From IMG/VR virus record IMGVR_UViG_3300044609_000721: a stretch of DNA of 64,000 bases, one strand, 5' to 3'. Within the stretch, counting starts at the first letter, position 1; every line of letters starts with the position of its first letter. Below, piece after piece: positions 35,063-45,765 of this stretch. The translations under genes were made by a program, and so were the position numbers. The stretch comes from a virus. The notes under the pieces were generated by a model. It searched no databases. It saw nothing but the letters and a program-made list of their open reading frames with translations, and had not been told where the DNA came from.

Positions 35063-35551
35063 TCAAAAACTACAAAAAGTATCTCTTTTTGTGAGAGACT
35101 TCACAACAGTATGATAATTATCTTGACACTGATCATATTTGACTTTGAGTTCATCATGCTCAGAATCTACCTTATAGAATAGATCTTGCAGTTGTTCATA
35201 ATCCAATAGCAGTCGATCATACTCAGTCACAAGATCTTCATGCTTCATATGCAAACCATTGTATTCATCAATAGCAGCACGATAGTTCTTTTTAGTTTGC
35301 TCTAGTTCTGCAGCATCACACATCGCATCAAGTTCATCATCAGTGTATTTTGTTTGTGGTTTTTTGACCACTTCGTTCCATGCTTTAATGAATGCTTCAT
35401 CCTGCACTTCAATATAATGATCGAGTAGAGTCAATGCAGCTTCAACCATCTTGGGACTATCACTATAATCCCTTAGAATATCACGAACAGTGAGGAAACT
35501 TGTGATAGTTTCACTCACATCATTCATCACTTTCCAGTAAGGACTCGTCAT
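35063..35551 (-). CDS. Coiled-coil hypothetical protein
   Basis: ORF track. Confidence 0.7.
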   Translation of the reverse strand: MTSPYWKVMNDVSETITSFLTVRDILRDYSDSPKMVEAALTLLDHYIEVQDEAFIKAWNEVVKKPQTKYTDDELDAMCDAAELEQTKKNYRAAIDEYNGLHMKHEDLVTEYDRLLLDYEQLQDLFYKVDSEHDELKVKYDQCQDNYHTVVKSLTKRDTFCSF

Positions 35552-35723
35552 TAGAATACTCCGTCAGTAGTTTTTCAAGCATAGCAGTGATTTGTGCTTC
35601 TGTCAAGTCATTGAGAAAAGCATAGTTAGGATCTTCTGGATCCCATTCAATACTCAAAGTGCCATCAGCATTTTCAGATACTTTGAGTGTATCATTTTCA
35701 AACTCTTGCAGTTCTTCACTCAT
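35520..35723 (-). CDS. Acidic hypothetical protein
   Basis: ORF track. Confidence 0.7.
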   Translation of the reverse strand: MSEELQEFENDTLKVSENADGTLSIEWDPEDPNYAFLNDLTEAQITAMLEKLLTEYSNDESLLESDE

Positions 35724-35724
35724 A

Positions 35725-35910
35725 TTATTCTCCTAAATTAAAATCAAATAAGTGTTTCCATTTGGGTTCTTTTAGTATATCAACGTGATTCTGCAATTCG
35801 TACAATTCATTCGTCAAACCAACATTCTCATCCTCTAGATACTTAACTCGTTCCTCTAATTCAACAAGTTTTTCATGTAAAGTTTTGATTGCAAGTTCAG
35901 TGAATTTCAT
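35725..35910 (-). CDS. Coiled-coil hypothetical protein
   Basis: ORF track. Confidence 0.65.
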   Translation of the reverse strand: MKFTELAIKTLHEKLVELEERVKYLEDENVGLTNELYELQNHVDILKEPKWKHLFDFNLGE

Positions 35911-35911
35911 A

Positions 35912-36097
35912 TCAGTAATTTGTTGGAGTTGTACGAGTTACAAAATTACCTTTACCTTCTAAACTCTGAACCATGAGTTCAGTAAATCGTTCCATCTTTG
36001 CAGGATGAACAGAAGCAGGGTCGTAAGTAATGGCATCTTTCAGTGCCTTCAGCTCGATCCATTCGTCTTGTGTCATGTTGGTTCTTTCGATTACCAT
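35912..36097 (-). CDS. Hypothetical protein
   Basis: ORF track. Confidence 0.65.
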   Translation of the reverse strand: MVIERTNMTQDEWIELKALKDAITYDPASVHPAKMERFTELMVQSLEGKGNFVTRTTPTNY

Positions 36098-36152
36098 ACT
36101 ATTTTATCTTGAAATGCTGATAAAGTACCATTTCTTAACGATTGCTCCTGAT

Positions 36153-36485
36153 TCAATTAATAAAACTACACTCTAGAGTGTATTCTTTCTTCTGTAGTTT
36201 GTGTCGCTCGATGTATTTAGTTGCATGTGATTCATGCTGAAACCAGCAGATCTTTTTACCAGTTCCCTCTTTATGTTCAAGACGATAGGGGAATGTCTCA
36301 TAGGGGAACTTAGTATCACTATGCTCTGCTGCAACAATATTCACAGCAGGTTCTACAACCTTCTTTGCCCTAGGTTTAGTGGCAGGTTTCTTTGCTGGTG
36401 CCTTAGGTTTGGTTGTAGTCTTCTTCTTAGCAGCAGGTTTCTTTGCTACTGGTTTGGTCTCTTCAGTCTTCTTTGCTCGGGGCAT
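36153..36485 (-). CDS. Protein with histone-H1-like K/A/P-rich N-terminus
   Basis: AKKPAAKKKTTTKPKAPAKKPATKPRAKK followed by a globular FPYETFPYRLEH domain. Confidence 0.7.
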   Translation of the reverse strand: MPRAKKTEETKPVAKKPAAKKKTTTKPKAPAKKPATKPRAKKVVEPAVNIVAAEHSDTKFPYETFPYRLEHKEGTGKKICWFQHESHATKYIERHKLQKKEYTLECSFIN

Positions 36486-36889
36486 CAGCGTCCTGTTACA
36501 TCTGTGAAGTCCTGTATCTTACCATATCTGAAGTGGATTCGCAACCTAGGACAATCTTCCCATGATTCTTGCCCAGCAGCAGGATACACTTCGATATACT
36601 TTGTGATATAACATGGTTGATACTTACCATGCACACCAGTAGGTATCCATTCCCAGTTCATCCATGATCGTTCAGGATTATAATTAGGATGCCCTTCTTC
36701 ATAGATTTCCATTCTACTACATCCAATATAACTTGGATACCATAAAAGACCACTGGGATCTAACCAGTAGTCTGTCATTGTGCCACCAATACCATCCTCG
36801 ATGTCTTTAGTTTGGCACACTACATTTGTGAATTTCTCACCCAAATCGTAGGATGAACGAAAGTAATCAAACATTCCCAAGGCTATCAC
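36485..36889 (-). CDS. Phage hypothetical protein (MFDYFRSSYDLG)
   Basis: ORF track. Confidence 0.7.
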   Translation of the reverse strand: MIALGMFDYFRSSYDLGEKFTNVVCQTKDIEDGIGGTMTDYWLDPSGLLWYPSYIGCSRMEIYEEGHPNYNPERSWMNWEWIPTGVHGKYQPCYITKYIEVYPAAGQESWEDCPRLRIHFRYGKIQDFTDVTGR

Positions 36890-39800
36890 CTCTCTTCTTT
36901 TTGTCGTAGATAATTTCGATTTTCTTGTGCTCTGAATGAAGGTCAGAACAGTGGTAGTATTTTACCTCACCATCGAGTAATTTGCAAATGTTTTCGATTT
37001 GTATTCCAGCAAGGATAGATTTAGTTTGTTCAGTCATTTCAAATACCTGCGTCAGCATCAATCGTGAATTCTGCTTTGTCTGTGATAACCTCTACACTCA
37101 TTTGACCCATAATGTTGGCAATCGCATTCCTTACATCCTCCCTTGACTTGTGAGTATAAACACCACTCCAGTTTGATACCATTAGAGAGTGGTTGATTGT
37201 ATCAATAATAACTGCGAGTTGGTGTGCTGTGAGTTTCATTTTAGTCATTTACAATCCTCATTAGGGTCAAAGTCAAGGTATTCTACCACAGGTTCTCTAC
37301 AATACTCACAAAGTTGTTCCTGTGCTTCTTCTAGAGTATCATATCCACCATCAAAATAAACCTCATAGGCAAAGATATTATACCAAGAATACAAAAATTT
37401 CTGTTGTGGATAATACTTTGTAGTATCACCATAAGTTTCTTTTTTGATACGATACTTTTTCATCGGATTCCAACAGCAAAGAGTTTTTTGAGTTCGTGAT
37501 AGACAAGCACCAAATCTCGGTCAGTAGATAGATGACCACAATCCTTTGCCCCTCTCAAAAATTCATAGAGTTCTTTTGCTTGTTGCTCTGTGAGTGCAAG
37601 ATGGTAAGTTTTACTGATTTTAATCATTGTGGGTCTCCTACAAGTCCAGAATATTTTTCTCTATCCCAACCATCATTATAACCTCGCTCATAAGCAATTT
37701 CAGCAACTTTCATAGCAAAATCCATACGAGAAGGTTCCCAAGGAAGTTTTCGTGCTACTTTTCGTTCTTCCATCATATCCAGAAAGATTTGGTAGATTTC
37801 GTCCTCAGTCATTTCACAAAATCTCCAATCACAGGAACAGTTCCACAAATATCAGTAATTCGTCCTACTGTTTGGTCTTTGAGTGCTTGACGACACTCCA
37901 AGTTCTTATTGTATGTTTGTTGAAAGAGTGCTCGTTGTTGTTGGTCCTCGTAAGTGATAGCACCAGCAGCAACGATTATAACAAAAAAGAAAGCAAAAAT
38001 TGCCAAAGTAACTTCATCAAAGTTTTTCATAGTGCCTTCAGTTCCTCACACAATTTTAACACATCAGCACACATAATCACACCAGGGCTTTGTTGGAGTT
38101 GATTGATAGTTTCACGGAGAGTAGCAACCATAATAGGAACCTCACATTCTTGGTCGTTAGGAGTTCTGTAAAGTGCTTGTCGTGCTTCTTCTCTTACTCT
38201 TTGTGCTCGTTCAGTCATTTCAGTTCCTCTTCAATCCTTTCAATCTCAAAGATTTCATTTAGAAACTCCAATCCATACTTACCCACAACCCAAGCATCTT
38301 TATCCTCAAAGAACCGATCACCTATGGTTCTCATATCATAACACTCTTTACCTTTATCAAAGAAAGCAATGACATAACAAAGTTCTTTTTGGTTGCAATC
38401 TTTATACCAACTGACGAGTTCATACTTTTTATTGAACTCACTCCAACGAAACTCTATATTACGGAACCTCATTTGCCCTCCAGAATGTCAAGTTTTTCGT
38501 GAATAAAATCAGTCACATCAATAGTATTCGCATCCACACCTTCTTCTTGACAGTCAAGAATAAACTCCATAAATGCACTAAGAATCAAACAGGTGCGGCG
38601 ATGATCGTGCTCTGTGATGGTAGTATGTGGATCGGCAACATAATGAACAATATGCTCGTAGAGTTGGTCGTAAGTCATTATTCTTGGGGAGTTTGATTAG
38701 GAACTGGGGGTGGTGGAACCACTGGAGGTAGTGTAGCAGGTTTCGGTGCCACTTGAGGGGTAGGGGTCTGTTGTGGAAGTGGCACAGGAGCAGGGGGAGT
38801 TGCTGTTTGCTTCTCTAAATCAGCAATCTTTTGTTGCAGTTCAGTGATATGTTGCTCGTAGGTAGTATTAACTTCTTCTGCTGGTTTTGTTTGGTTTTCA
38901 TTTGCCAGTTTCCATCCAGCAGCACCAGCACCAAAGATACTGGCAAGGGCAGCAACAACAGAAATGGTTTTAGAAAAACTCATCAATAATCTTCCTCGTC
39001 AAAGATAAAGTATTCGTAGATTGCAGACATCACGGCATCTTCAATCCTCTCGATAATAGCACCTTCAGAAGGATTCTCAACGTGTTTGTGTGCTAACGCA
39101 TACCCACGACGCACACCTTCTTCGATTGCCATTTCTAAGATGACACGGGTTTTAGGTTTCATTTCTTCACCTCACAAGCAGGAGTCATATCAACTAAGAT
39201 TGCAGCAAGTTTCAATCCACCAAGCACCGCAGTTGGAGCAATAAAAATTAACAACAGAATGCCAAGTGGAATGGCAACATATTCCTCAAAAAAGCTTTTC
39301 ATTCTTCATCCTCCACAGGGAACATAGCAGCATACTCTTCATCAGTGACAGTGAGAATCTCTAAGGTGCCATTCTCAGTTGCCTCTGTGATTTCCTCATC
39401 ATACATCACAAAGTAGCGAGCAAACTCGTGTAGACTGGTGCTGCCAAACTCAACAACACCATCAATCAGGCAGAGATAGTTCATCGCATTTCAGTCAGGA
39501 CTTCAATAAAATCAATAATACAATCTTTGGGAATGTAGAATGGTTCTGCAGTTTTCCGTTCTTCAATTCCGTGAGTTGCGTAAGGAGTAATCTCTACAGA
39601 ACCTTCACCATCATCAGTGAATTGGTAGAACCAACCATCTTCGTGGTGAATACGAATTTGTTTTGTGATTTGGTAAGTCATAAGATTACATCCTTGATTT
39701 CAGAAATGATTTCCCAGTGTGCATCTGCTTTGTCACCGAAACGATTACTTCCAGTGCGAGTGCTGACCCACATAAAGTATTTGCGATTCTCTGATGCTAA

Positions 39801-39914
39801 GAATAACTCACCACCAGTATCCTGCTCTACAATACAAACAGGATTGTTATCCATGATGTTAGCAAAACGATTCTTTGCCTTGCTAGATTTAGGTTTTACA
39901 ATAACCTTTCTCAT
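36867..39914 (-). CDS. Run of tightly overlapping small hypothetical ORFs (36867-37061, 37039-37248, 37245-37463, 37624-37848, 37809-38030, 38027-38218, 38215-38472, 38469-38678, 38678-38986 Pro-rich membrane protein, 39299-39484, 39481-39681, 39678-39914 and smaller ones)
   Basis: ORF track; repeated ATGA start/stop overlaps indicate real coupled genes. Confidence 0.65.
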
Positions 39915-40108
39915 TTATCAGCAATGATAGCAACAATCAAGATGGTAGCAATGGCACAAAGAACAATCAGAGCACTAATCCACAGAGGAGAAAGAACCCA
40001 GACCCAAGGCCAAGTAATATGACCAGTGAGTTTCAGACCAATAAACAGAACAGTCAGCAGACCAGGGAATCCGATACCACTGGAGGAAGAAGAAGAATTG
40101 CTAGACAT
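39911..40108 (-). CDS. Small membrane protein (SSSSSSGIGFPGLLTVLFIGLKLTG)
   Basis: Two TM helices; the track start overlaps the promoter. Confidence 0.7.
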   Translation of the reverse strand: MSSNSSSSSSGIGFPGLLTVLFIGLKLTGHITWPWVWVLSPLWISALIVLCAIATILIVAIIADK

Positions 40109-40133
40109 TTGCTTTGTTTCGTTCAACATTGAT

Positions 40134-40187
40134 AATATAACACCCCTCAACCGTGAAGTCAAGGGGTCATTGATAAGTGTTACGGAT
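40134..40187 (-). promoter_or_regulatory. Class I promoter TTGACT-17-TATATT with half-degenerate operator 40173-40187
   Basis: ATAAG-TGTTA-CGGAT 10 nt upstream of the -35. Confidence 0.75.
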
Positions 40188-42864
40188 ATTTGCCGACGAT
40201 ACCAATAGTATATCTTATCTGTCCACCAAATCCCGTGAATGATGGATCTATGTCTGCTCTAATATCTGATACTACAGCTTTTCCATTTGCAACTTCTTCC
40301 AATACCTTGAGAAAATGTTTTTCCATTTCTGTTGTTGGTTTAGGAAAAGCAAAACATGTTGATACTGAAGTTCTAGTAACAGGTGATGTGGTTTTGCCAT
40401 TACTAATCAATGCGTCTGCTTTAATATAATCACCATTCATATTCATTCTACCATTCGATATAGTAGCAGTAGGAATGACTTGATCAGTTAAACCATTATA
40501 TACTGAAAGTTCGTTAGTAGCAGCATTAAAGGATAGTTGACCATGCACAGGAGCATTAGTAATTGCAGTAGTAAATGCACCACTGTGAAGTGCATCCAGC
40601 TTCTTCCTCAATTCTTCCCTAAGTTTCTCCTCTCTATCTTCTACAACTTCCTCTACGACTTCTTCTTTCTTCTCACCATACATTTCGTCGAATGTATCGA
40701 GCAATGGATTAGTCATAATTTCTCCGATAATACTCTAAGTTGCGGGGGGCAGTTGTAAGAAAATCACAGCGAATCTCAAACCATTTCCAGCGGAATGTGA
40801 ATCCTGTTACAGATCGACTGCCGAAACTAATCAGCAGCATTGGGAATATCTCAGTGGCAGGATAATCATCCCACTGAATACAAACATCTAGCAGTGAGAA
40901 TAGAGGATACCATGGGAACAGTTGGAAATACCATTCATGCCCATAGTCTTCGTAGTGTGCTGCGTCAAATAGTTTCACAGGTTCTCCACTTCTTTGGATA
41001 GGGTCATCATATCACCCTTATCAAGTACAGTCAAGTTATTGAGTTTCTGTGCTGTCATGCTCTTCACATGTTCCATGGTTTTGCGAATGATAGCAGCAAC
41101 AAGTTTCTGTTCTGTATCTGCCCATGTGTTTCTCTCATGCCATATATCATCCATGAGTTTTTGTGCTCTAGTTGTCATTTTCCTAACCTCAATACACGCT
41201 CATCAGACAGCTGGGGGTGAAACAAATCATCATATGGGTAGATGTATTCATCATACCACCCAGAACAAATGGCTTCCCAGAACTCACCATATCCCCACTT
41301 ATCACCGTCATTATAGCAGTCTAGAGCATACCAGAAGTCGTGGAATCCGTCAAGGAAATCTTGCCACTTTGATTGTGTCTCAAATCTCATGATGTTTCAT
41401 CACTCCAATAGTATTTTAGTTGATCTCCAGTAATATTCAAGTGATAGATTTTGCCATCCTGACCATAAACACCGATCCACAGTGCTCTTTCATTCATACT
41501 TTCCAGATGAAACATCTTCACATCTTCCAGTACAATTTCATCTGGATTTTCAGTAAATCTACTCATGAGTAATTAAAGTGTAAATGTGTTTCCCAAGTAA
41601 AAGCAGGTTGGTCTCTCCATTGCATCATTTCTGCGACGAAATATGGAATAAACCTTGTATATTTGTCTAGAAACTCCCTCTCAGTAAGTTCCTCAAAACC
41701 TTGCATATAATAATCACAATCAACAAACTTTACGAACTTTTCATACTCTCGGTCTCTATCATCAATTTTCTGATAGTTACGGCAGATCTTCAACCAAAAT
41801 GATCTACCCTCACCAGTCGCACAATAATCAATCGCAAAGAAACGATAAAAAGGTTTGTCATCCATTGTTTTGTCTCACTCTTTTAAGAAATGCAGTTGCT
41901 TGCTCATCCAATCGTTCAATCAAATCTTCAATATCAGTAATTGCAATATGAGTGTATTCTTGATTGAGGTGTTCACAGCGAAGCGCATCAATCATTGATT
42001 GAAATGCAATCATTTGCTGATGTTCTGGTGTGATAGGTGTTCCGTGAGGAAGTCCAGCACATTCCATATTGTAGTAATCATTATATCGTTGAAGAACACG
42101 ATTACTTCTCTCGCGGCGTTCTGCTTCTTCAAGCATTTCTTCGTGTGTCATAGTGTTTTTCCTCGCTGCCCAACCTAGATTAGGCCAAGTGTCATGATAG
42201 ATTTGATTGAGTTTCTCGTTATCGTAGTATGTCAAATCGGATACCTTTCGAAACATGCAGAATTGTACATTCCAGGATGCCCAACAATCTTAATCTTAGT
42301 GTGCTGTGTATGGACCTCTACACGCTCCACACCATAAACGTACCCCTGAGTCAAGACTTTGTTCGGATCATCGTTAGAACCCCACGCAATCTGCTCTGGT
42401 GAGCATCCAAGAAAGTAAACAGTGTCTCCAGGATTAAACATTACAGAATACCTACCGATTTAAGATAACGACGATATGCCATATAACGTCCTAGGTGTGG
42501 TTGCCCAGGAACATTTAGTTGATGGCAGATTTCACTATAGCATAAAAATTCGTACCATGGAGTCGTTGGATCGAGAACATGATACGGATATTCACGATTA
42601 GAGTTTTCCACCTACCACACCCTCATACGAAGACCCAACATTGTCACTCCATCCTTCTTGTACTCCCTTAAGATAAAACCTGGTGGCAGAAATACATAAT
42701 TCTTTCGTGAGGGACGTGATAAGTGGTTTCCCATCTTTGTCAAAAGAGTGCCACAATTTGTACGGAGTTTCTTCAACATAAAAGGCATCATCATAGAAAG
42801 TTCGTTCGTTGTTCTGGTTGCTCATCAGGTACTCCTTCAATAATAATCTTGGCTGGTTCATCAT
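40180..42864 (-). CDS. Run of small hypothetical ORFs (40180-40716, 40709-40978, 40975-41178, 41175-41390, 41563-41865, 41858-42256, 42232-42441, 42598-42864 and smaller ones)
   Basis: ORF track; overlapping starts and stops. Confidence 0.65.
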
Positions 42865-43021
42865 TCCAGTGTCGAATCACACCAGCAACAATGAACATGT
42901 TTGTAATTAAATACGTTGCAAATATAATCGTCCTGACAATCGCAACTTTATCAGCAACACAATCTTTCTTGTGTGCCTTTTCTCCTAGTGCCTTCGCCCA
43001 AAGTCTCCACATCACACCCAT
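42791..43021 (-). CDS. Small membrane protein (WRLWAKALGEKA)
   Basis: ORF track. Confidence 0.65.
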   Translation of the reverse strand: MGVMWRLWAKALGEKAHKKDCVADKVAIVRTIIFATYLITNMFIVAGVIRHWNDEPAKIIIEGVPDEQPEQRTNFL

Positions 43022-43536
43022 TCTGGTTTTCTATCTGGTTTACGAAGGTAATTATCCTTTACCCAAGGTTTAGATGCAACATACATTTTATATGCTGTAA
43101 CATCATCTATGTTACTATCTAGTTTGTATTCGTTGGGCATGGCACGGGCAAACTTTTCCACGTTGGTATATTCGTAGATAGAAGTTCCTTTAGAGTGCAT
43201 CATTGCCATTGCCTCTTCAATAGTAGACTGACAAGAATGACGTTTACCATACCTGTGAGTATACTCGAAGCAAAGACCCAATCCATGAGCAATCAACCAT
43301 GCTAAGTTAGCATGACTTTGTGCTGCCCATTGAGTACAGGGATGATTGCGAAATGCACCTTTAGTAGTTGCATAAGCATCACCATCTTGCTTGTGAATAG
43401 GACCCCAACTATGATACCAGTCAGAATAAACAATAGAGAGCATTTGACATGTCTCTAGAGCCATTTTGACTACATGTTTGTCGGGTAGCAATGTTGCAGC
43501 AACAACAGGATCTTTATCGACTACGAATATATTCAT
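43012..43536 (-). CDS. Pyrimidine dimer DNA glycosylase / endonuclease V-like protein
   Basis: MNIF..D.DP...A..L.DKHVVKM.LE.CQMLS, HPCT.W, EYTHRYGKRH, YVASKPW are the Pyr_excise-like pattern. Confidence 0.7.
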   Translation of the reverse strand: MNIFVVDKDPVVAATLLPDKHVVKMALETCQMLSIVYSDWYHSWGPIHKQDGDAYATTKGAFRNHPCTQWAAQSHANLAWLIAHGLGLCFEYTHRYGKRHSCQSTIEEAMAMMHSKGTSIYEYTNVEKFARAMPNEYKLDSNIDDVTAYKMYVASKPWVKDNYLRKPDRKPEWV

Positions 43537-43813
43537 GATAAAGTTTGATGTACTTCTGGTAGAGTAGTTCTAGTGTAGCAGCATCTTCGGATTCGTCAAG
43601 TTCCAGCAAAGTATCTCTACAATCCTGCAACTTGTCACACAATTTCATAATATCTAGATGACTCATGTTACTTGTTCCCTAACTTGTGTGTAGACAACAT
43701 CAAACATTTCATCAAGAATATCAGAACAACGCCAATACTCATTGCTGTCAAGAATAGTTTTATCCAGTTGATAGCGACGGACTGCATCATAGATGAGTCG
43801 GAGTTCTGCGTGA

Positions 43814-43987
43814 TTAAACTTCGGAAGTGTAGTCTGCGTCATGATACTTTAGATACTCACGGAAGGTCATTTTCATTTCTTTCTGCGTCATACCACAATG
43901 GGCAGCAGCAGCGGGGAGGTTCATCGTAGCACGAAAGAGTGCTTGATTTGCCTCCTTAACGTTTTCTGGTGTGGTTTTTACTCCCAC
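43814..43987 (-). CDS. Small putative helix-turn-helix protein (57 aa, GTG start)
   Basis: MGVKTTPENVKEANQALFRATMNLPAAAAHCGMTQKEMKMTFREYLKYH; below track cutoff. Confidence 0.55.
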   Translation of the reverse strand: MGVKTTPENVKEANQALFRATMNLPAAAAHCGMTQKEMKMTFREYLKYHDADYTSEV

Positions 43988-44184
43988 TTAAAATCTCCTG
44001 TATGTAGATTATCGAGTTTGTCAAACAGTTTGTCAACCGATTTCAGTTTCTCAATGTTACACATGAGATCTGCAATTGCTTGATTGATCATTGGTCGTTC
44101 GTTTCGTGCTGCAAAAGCAAGTGCATTACGCAACGATGCTTGTGCTTCATCCAGCGATTCTTCTACTTGTTGCGATAATGCCAT
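43978..44184 (-). CDS. Hypothetical protein (MALSQQVEESLDEA)
   Basis: ORF track. Confidence 0.7.
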   Translation of the reverse strand: MALSQQVEESLDEAQASLRNALAFAARNERPMINQAIADLMCNIEKLKSVDKLFDKLDNLHTGDFKWE

Positions 44185-44186
44185 AA

Positions 44187-44438
44187 TTAAGTCATTGCGA
44201 GTTGAATAAGTTTTGCCACCTCAATGATAGCAAAGAAGGAACGGACGACAATCATATCCCACATTTTAACCTTATAGAAATAAGGCCATGAGAGAAGATT
44301 ACCAACCAGTCTAACATAGACTCCGAGTTCTACGCTATTGAACAATACGACTGCATACCCGACGATAAACAGAAGATTCCCAATAATTCTGCAAATGTTT
44401 AACATTGGGAATCTATGGATCAATCGGATGCTCGCCAT
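44187..44438 (-). CDS. Small multi-TM membrane protein (paralog of 29301..29507)
   Basis: Shared motif pattern. Confidence 0.65.
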   Translation of the reverse strand: MASIRLIHRFPMLNICRIIGNLLFIVGYAVVLFNSVELGVYVRLVGNLLSWPYFYKVKMWDMIVVRSFFAIIEVAKLIQLAMT

Positions 44439-44605
44439 TGTGTAAGTTTAGCACGTTTTTGCTGAAATTCTTCAACAGCATCAAGAATGATTTTAGCAGA
44501 TTCTTGAGCATCTGCTTCATCCCAACCATCATTCTGCTGCCCACTGATATAGTAGGAGTACAGTTGATCTTTGATTGCATCCATTAGTTTATCGTAGTGT
44601 GTCAT
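44420..44605 (-). CDS. Hypothetical protein
   Basis: ORF track. Confidence 0.65.
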   Translation of the reverse strand: MTHYDKLMDAIKDQLYSYYISGQQNDGWDEADAQESAKIILDAVEEFQQKRAKLTQWRASD

Positions 44606-44752
44606 CCTACCAGTTGTCGAATAAGTTCTTCTTCATCACCGAGGACTGCATCAGTCCAGTTGTCATCTTCATCAAACTCATTGATACGATCGTATTGATC
44701 AATCAGAGAGAAATCGAAGTTGTCCATGAGGTCGTCTGTCATTAACAAGATT

Positions 44753-44807
44753 AGTATAGGGTAAAGAAAAGGGGGTGTCAAGCCCCCTATTGATCAGTTC
44801 TTCTTAT
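44753..44807 (-). promoter_or_regulatory. Class I promoter TTGACA-17-TATACT fused to a terminator-like hairpin; operator 44793-44807
   Basis: AGGGGG-CTTGACA-CCCCCT-TTTCTTT; ATCAG-N5-CTTAT. Confidence 0.85.
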
Positions 44808-45234
44808 GGTTCCATGGGATCGGGGGAAGTCCTAACTCTTTGTTGAACTTATTTAGATCCCTAAGAAGTTTCCACTTGAAGTATATTCGCATTACTTCTG
44901 TTTGTGCGTGTCTGATCTTAATATTCATAAAAACTAAAATCTGATTCATTCCCTCTGGATATTCCCAGAATAAGTACACAAGTACAAGAAGAAATAGAAT
45001 AAAAAACTGATAATTCATTTAGTTTTAGAAAACAAATTTATATTGACTCTCAGATCCATAGGCATACCCTCTAGGAGGAGCAGGAGTAGCAGCAGGGTAT
45101 GGTTGTCCAAAAACAACAGGTGCTGCATATAATTTTCTGATTAAATAACCTTCTGGAGTCTGAAGAGTTTCCCCATATCGTATCTGTGGGGCTACATTTT
45201 GAGGTACCGTAATAATTGTTGGAGCATCAATCAT
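44794..45234 (-). CDS. Two small hypothetical ORFs (44794-45018 membrane; 45025-45234 Pro-rich)
   Basis: ORF track. Confidence 0.55.
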
Positions 45235-45519
45235 TTCTGTAAGTAGGGGTCAAATACTGTAAGCAGATGTTCCCACATCTGTTTCTCTTGCTTAGAAGTC
45301 TGCTTTGTAGTTTGTTCCCAGTCAAGTAGTACATTGACCAAAAATTTACATTCTGAAGTAGACAACTCAATGGTCTTTAGATTGTTCAACATCATGATTA
45401 GTTTTTAGAAAGAGTAATCGTAAGAATATTCGATATCCAGTTCTGGATAATCGTCGTATTGGACATCATCTTCTTGAGATGAATTTTCGTAGAATGATAC
45501 TTCTTCAGGAAGATCCATT

Positions 45520-45702
45520 TCAGCACCAGTCTTCTTCAGTGAATTCATTGTAGTTAGCATTGAATTTTTTATTGCCTTTGTTTTTACGACCTTGCTGATA
45601 ATCATCTTCGGAACGATAACGTTCTGAATTTGCACGATAACGCTTATCCTTGGAAACTTTCCCCCAGGAGTGATAATCATCACGTCGATATGTACGACCC
45701 AT
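45520..45702 (-). CDS. Basic hypothetical protein (MGRTYRRDD)
   Basis: First gene after the 45737 promoter. Confidence 0.7.
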   Translation of the reverse strand: MGRTYRRDDYHSWGKVSKDKRYRANSERYRSEDDYQQGRKNKGNKKFNANYNEFTEEDWC

Positions 45703-45736
45703 TAGTTTTTGTGTCTTTCGAATGAACTACTTCTAT

Positions 45737-45765
45737 ATAGTACCTCATGAGGCGAGACCTGTCAA
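45737..45765 (-). promoter_or_regulatory. sigma70 promoter TTGACA-17-TACTAT at the start of the early block
   Basis: -10 at 45737-45742, -35 at 45760-45765. Confidence 0.75.

Noticed and set aside
43154-43162. TTTTCCACG near-match to the DnaA box
   Set aside because: It has one mismatch, is isolated and lies inside a coding sequence.
25632-44807. CRISPR-like or mini-array reading of the recurring GTTGCTTAT repeats
   Set aside because: The copies are kilobases apart and tied to promoters, with no repeat-spacer periodicity or cas genes.
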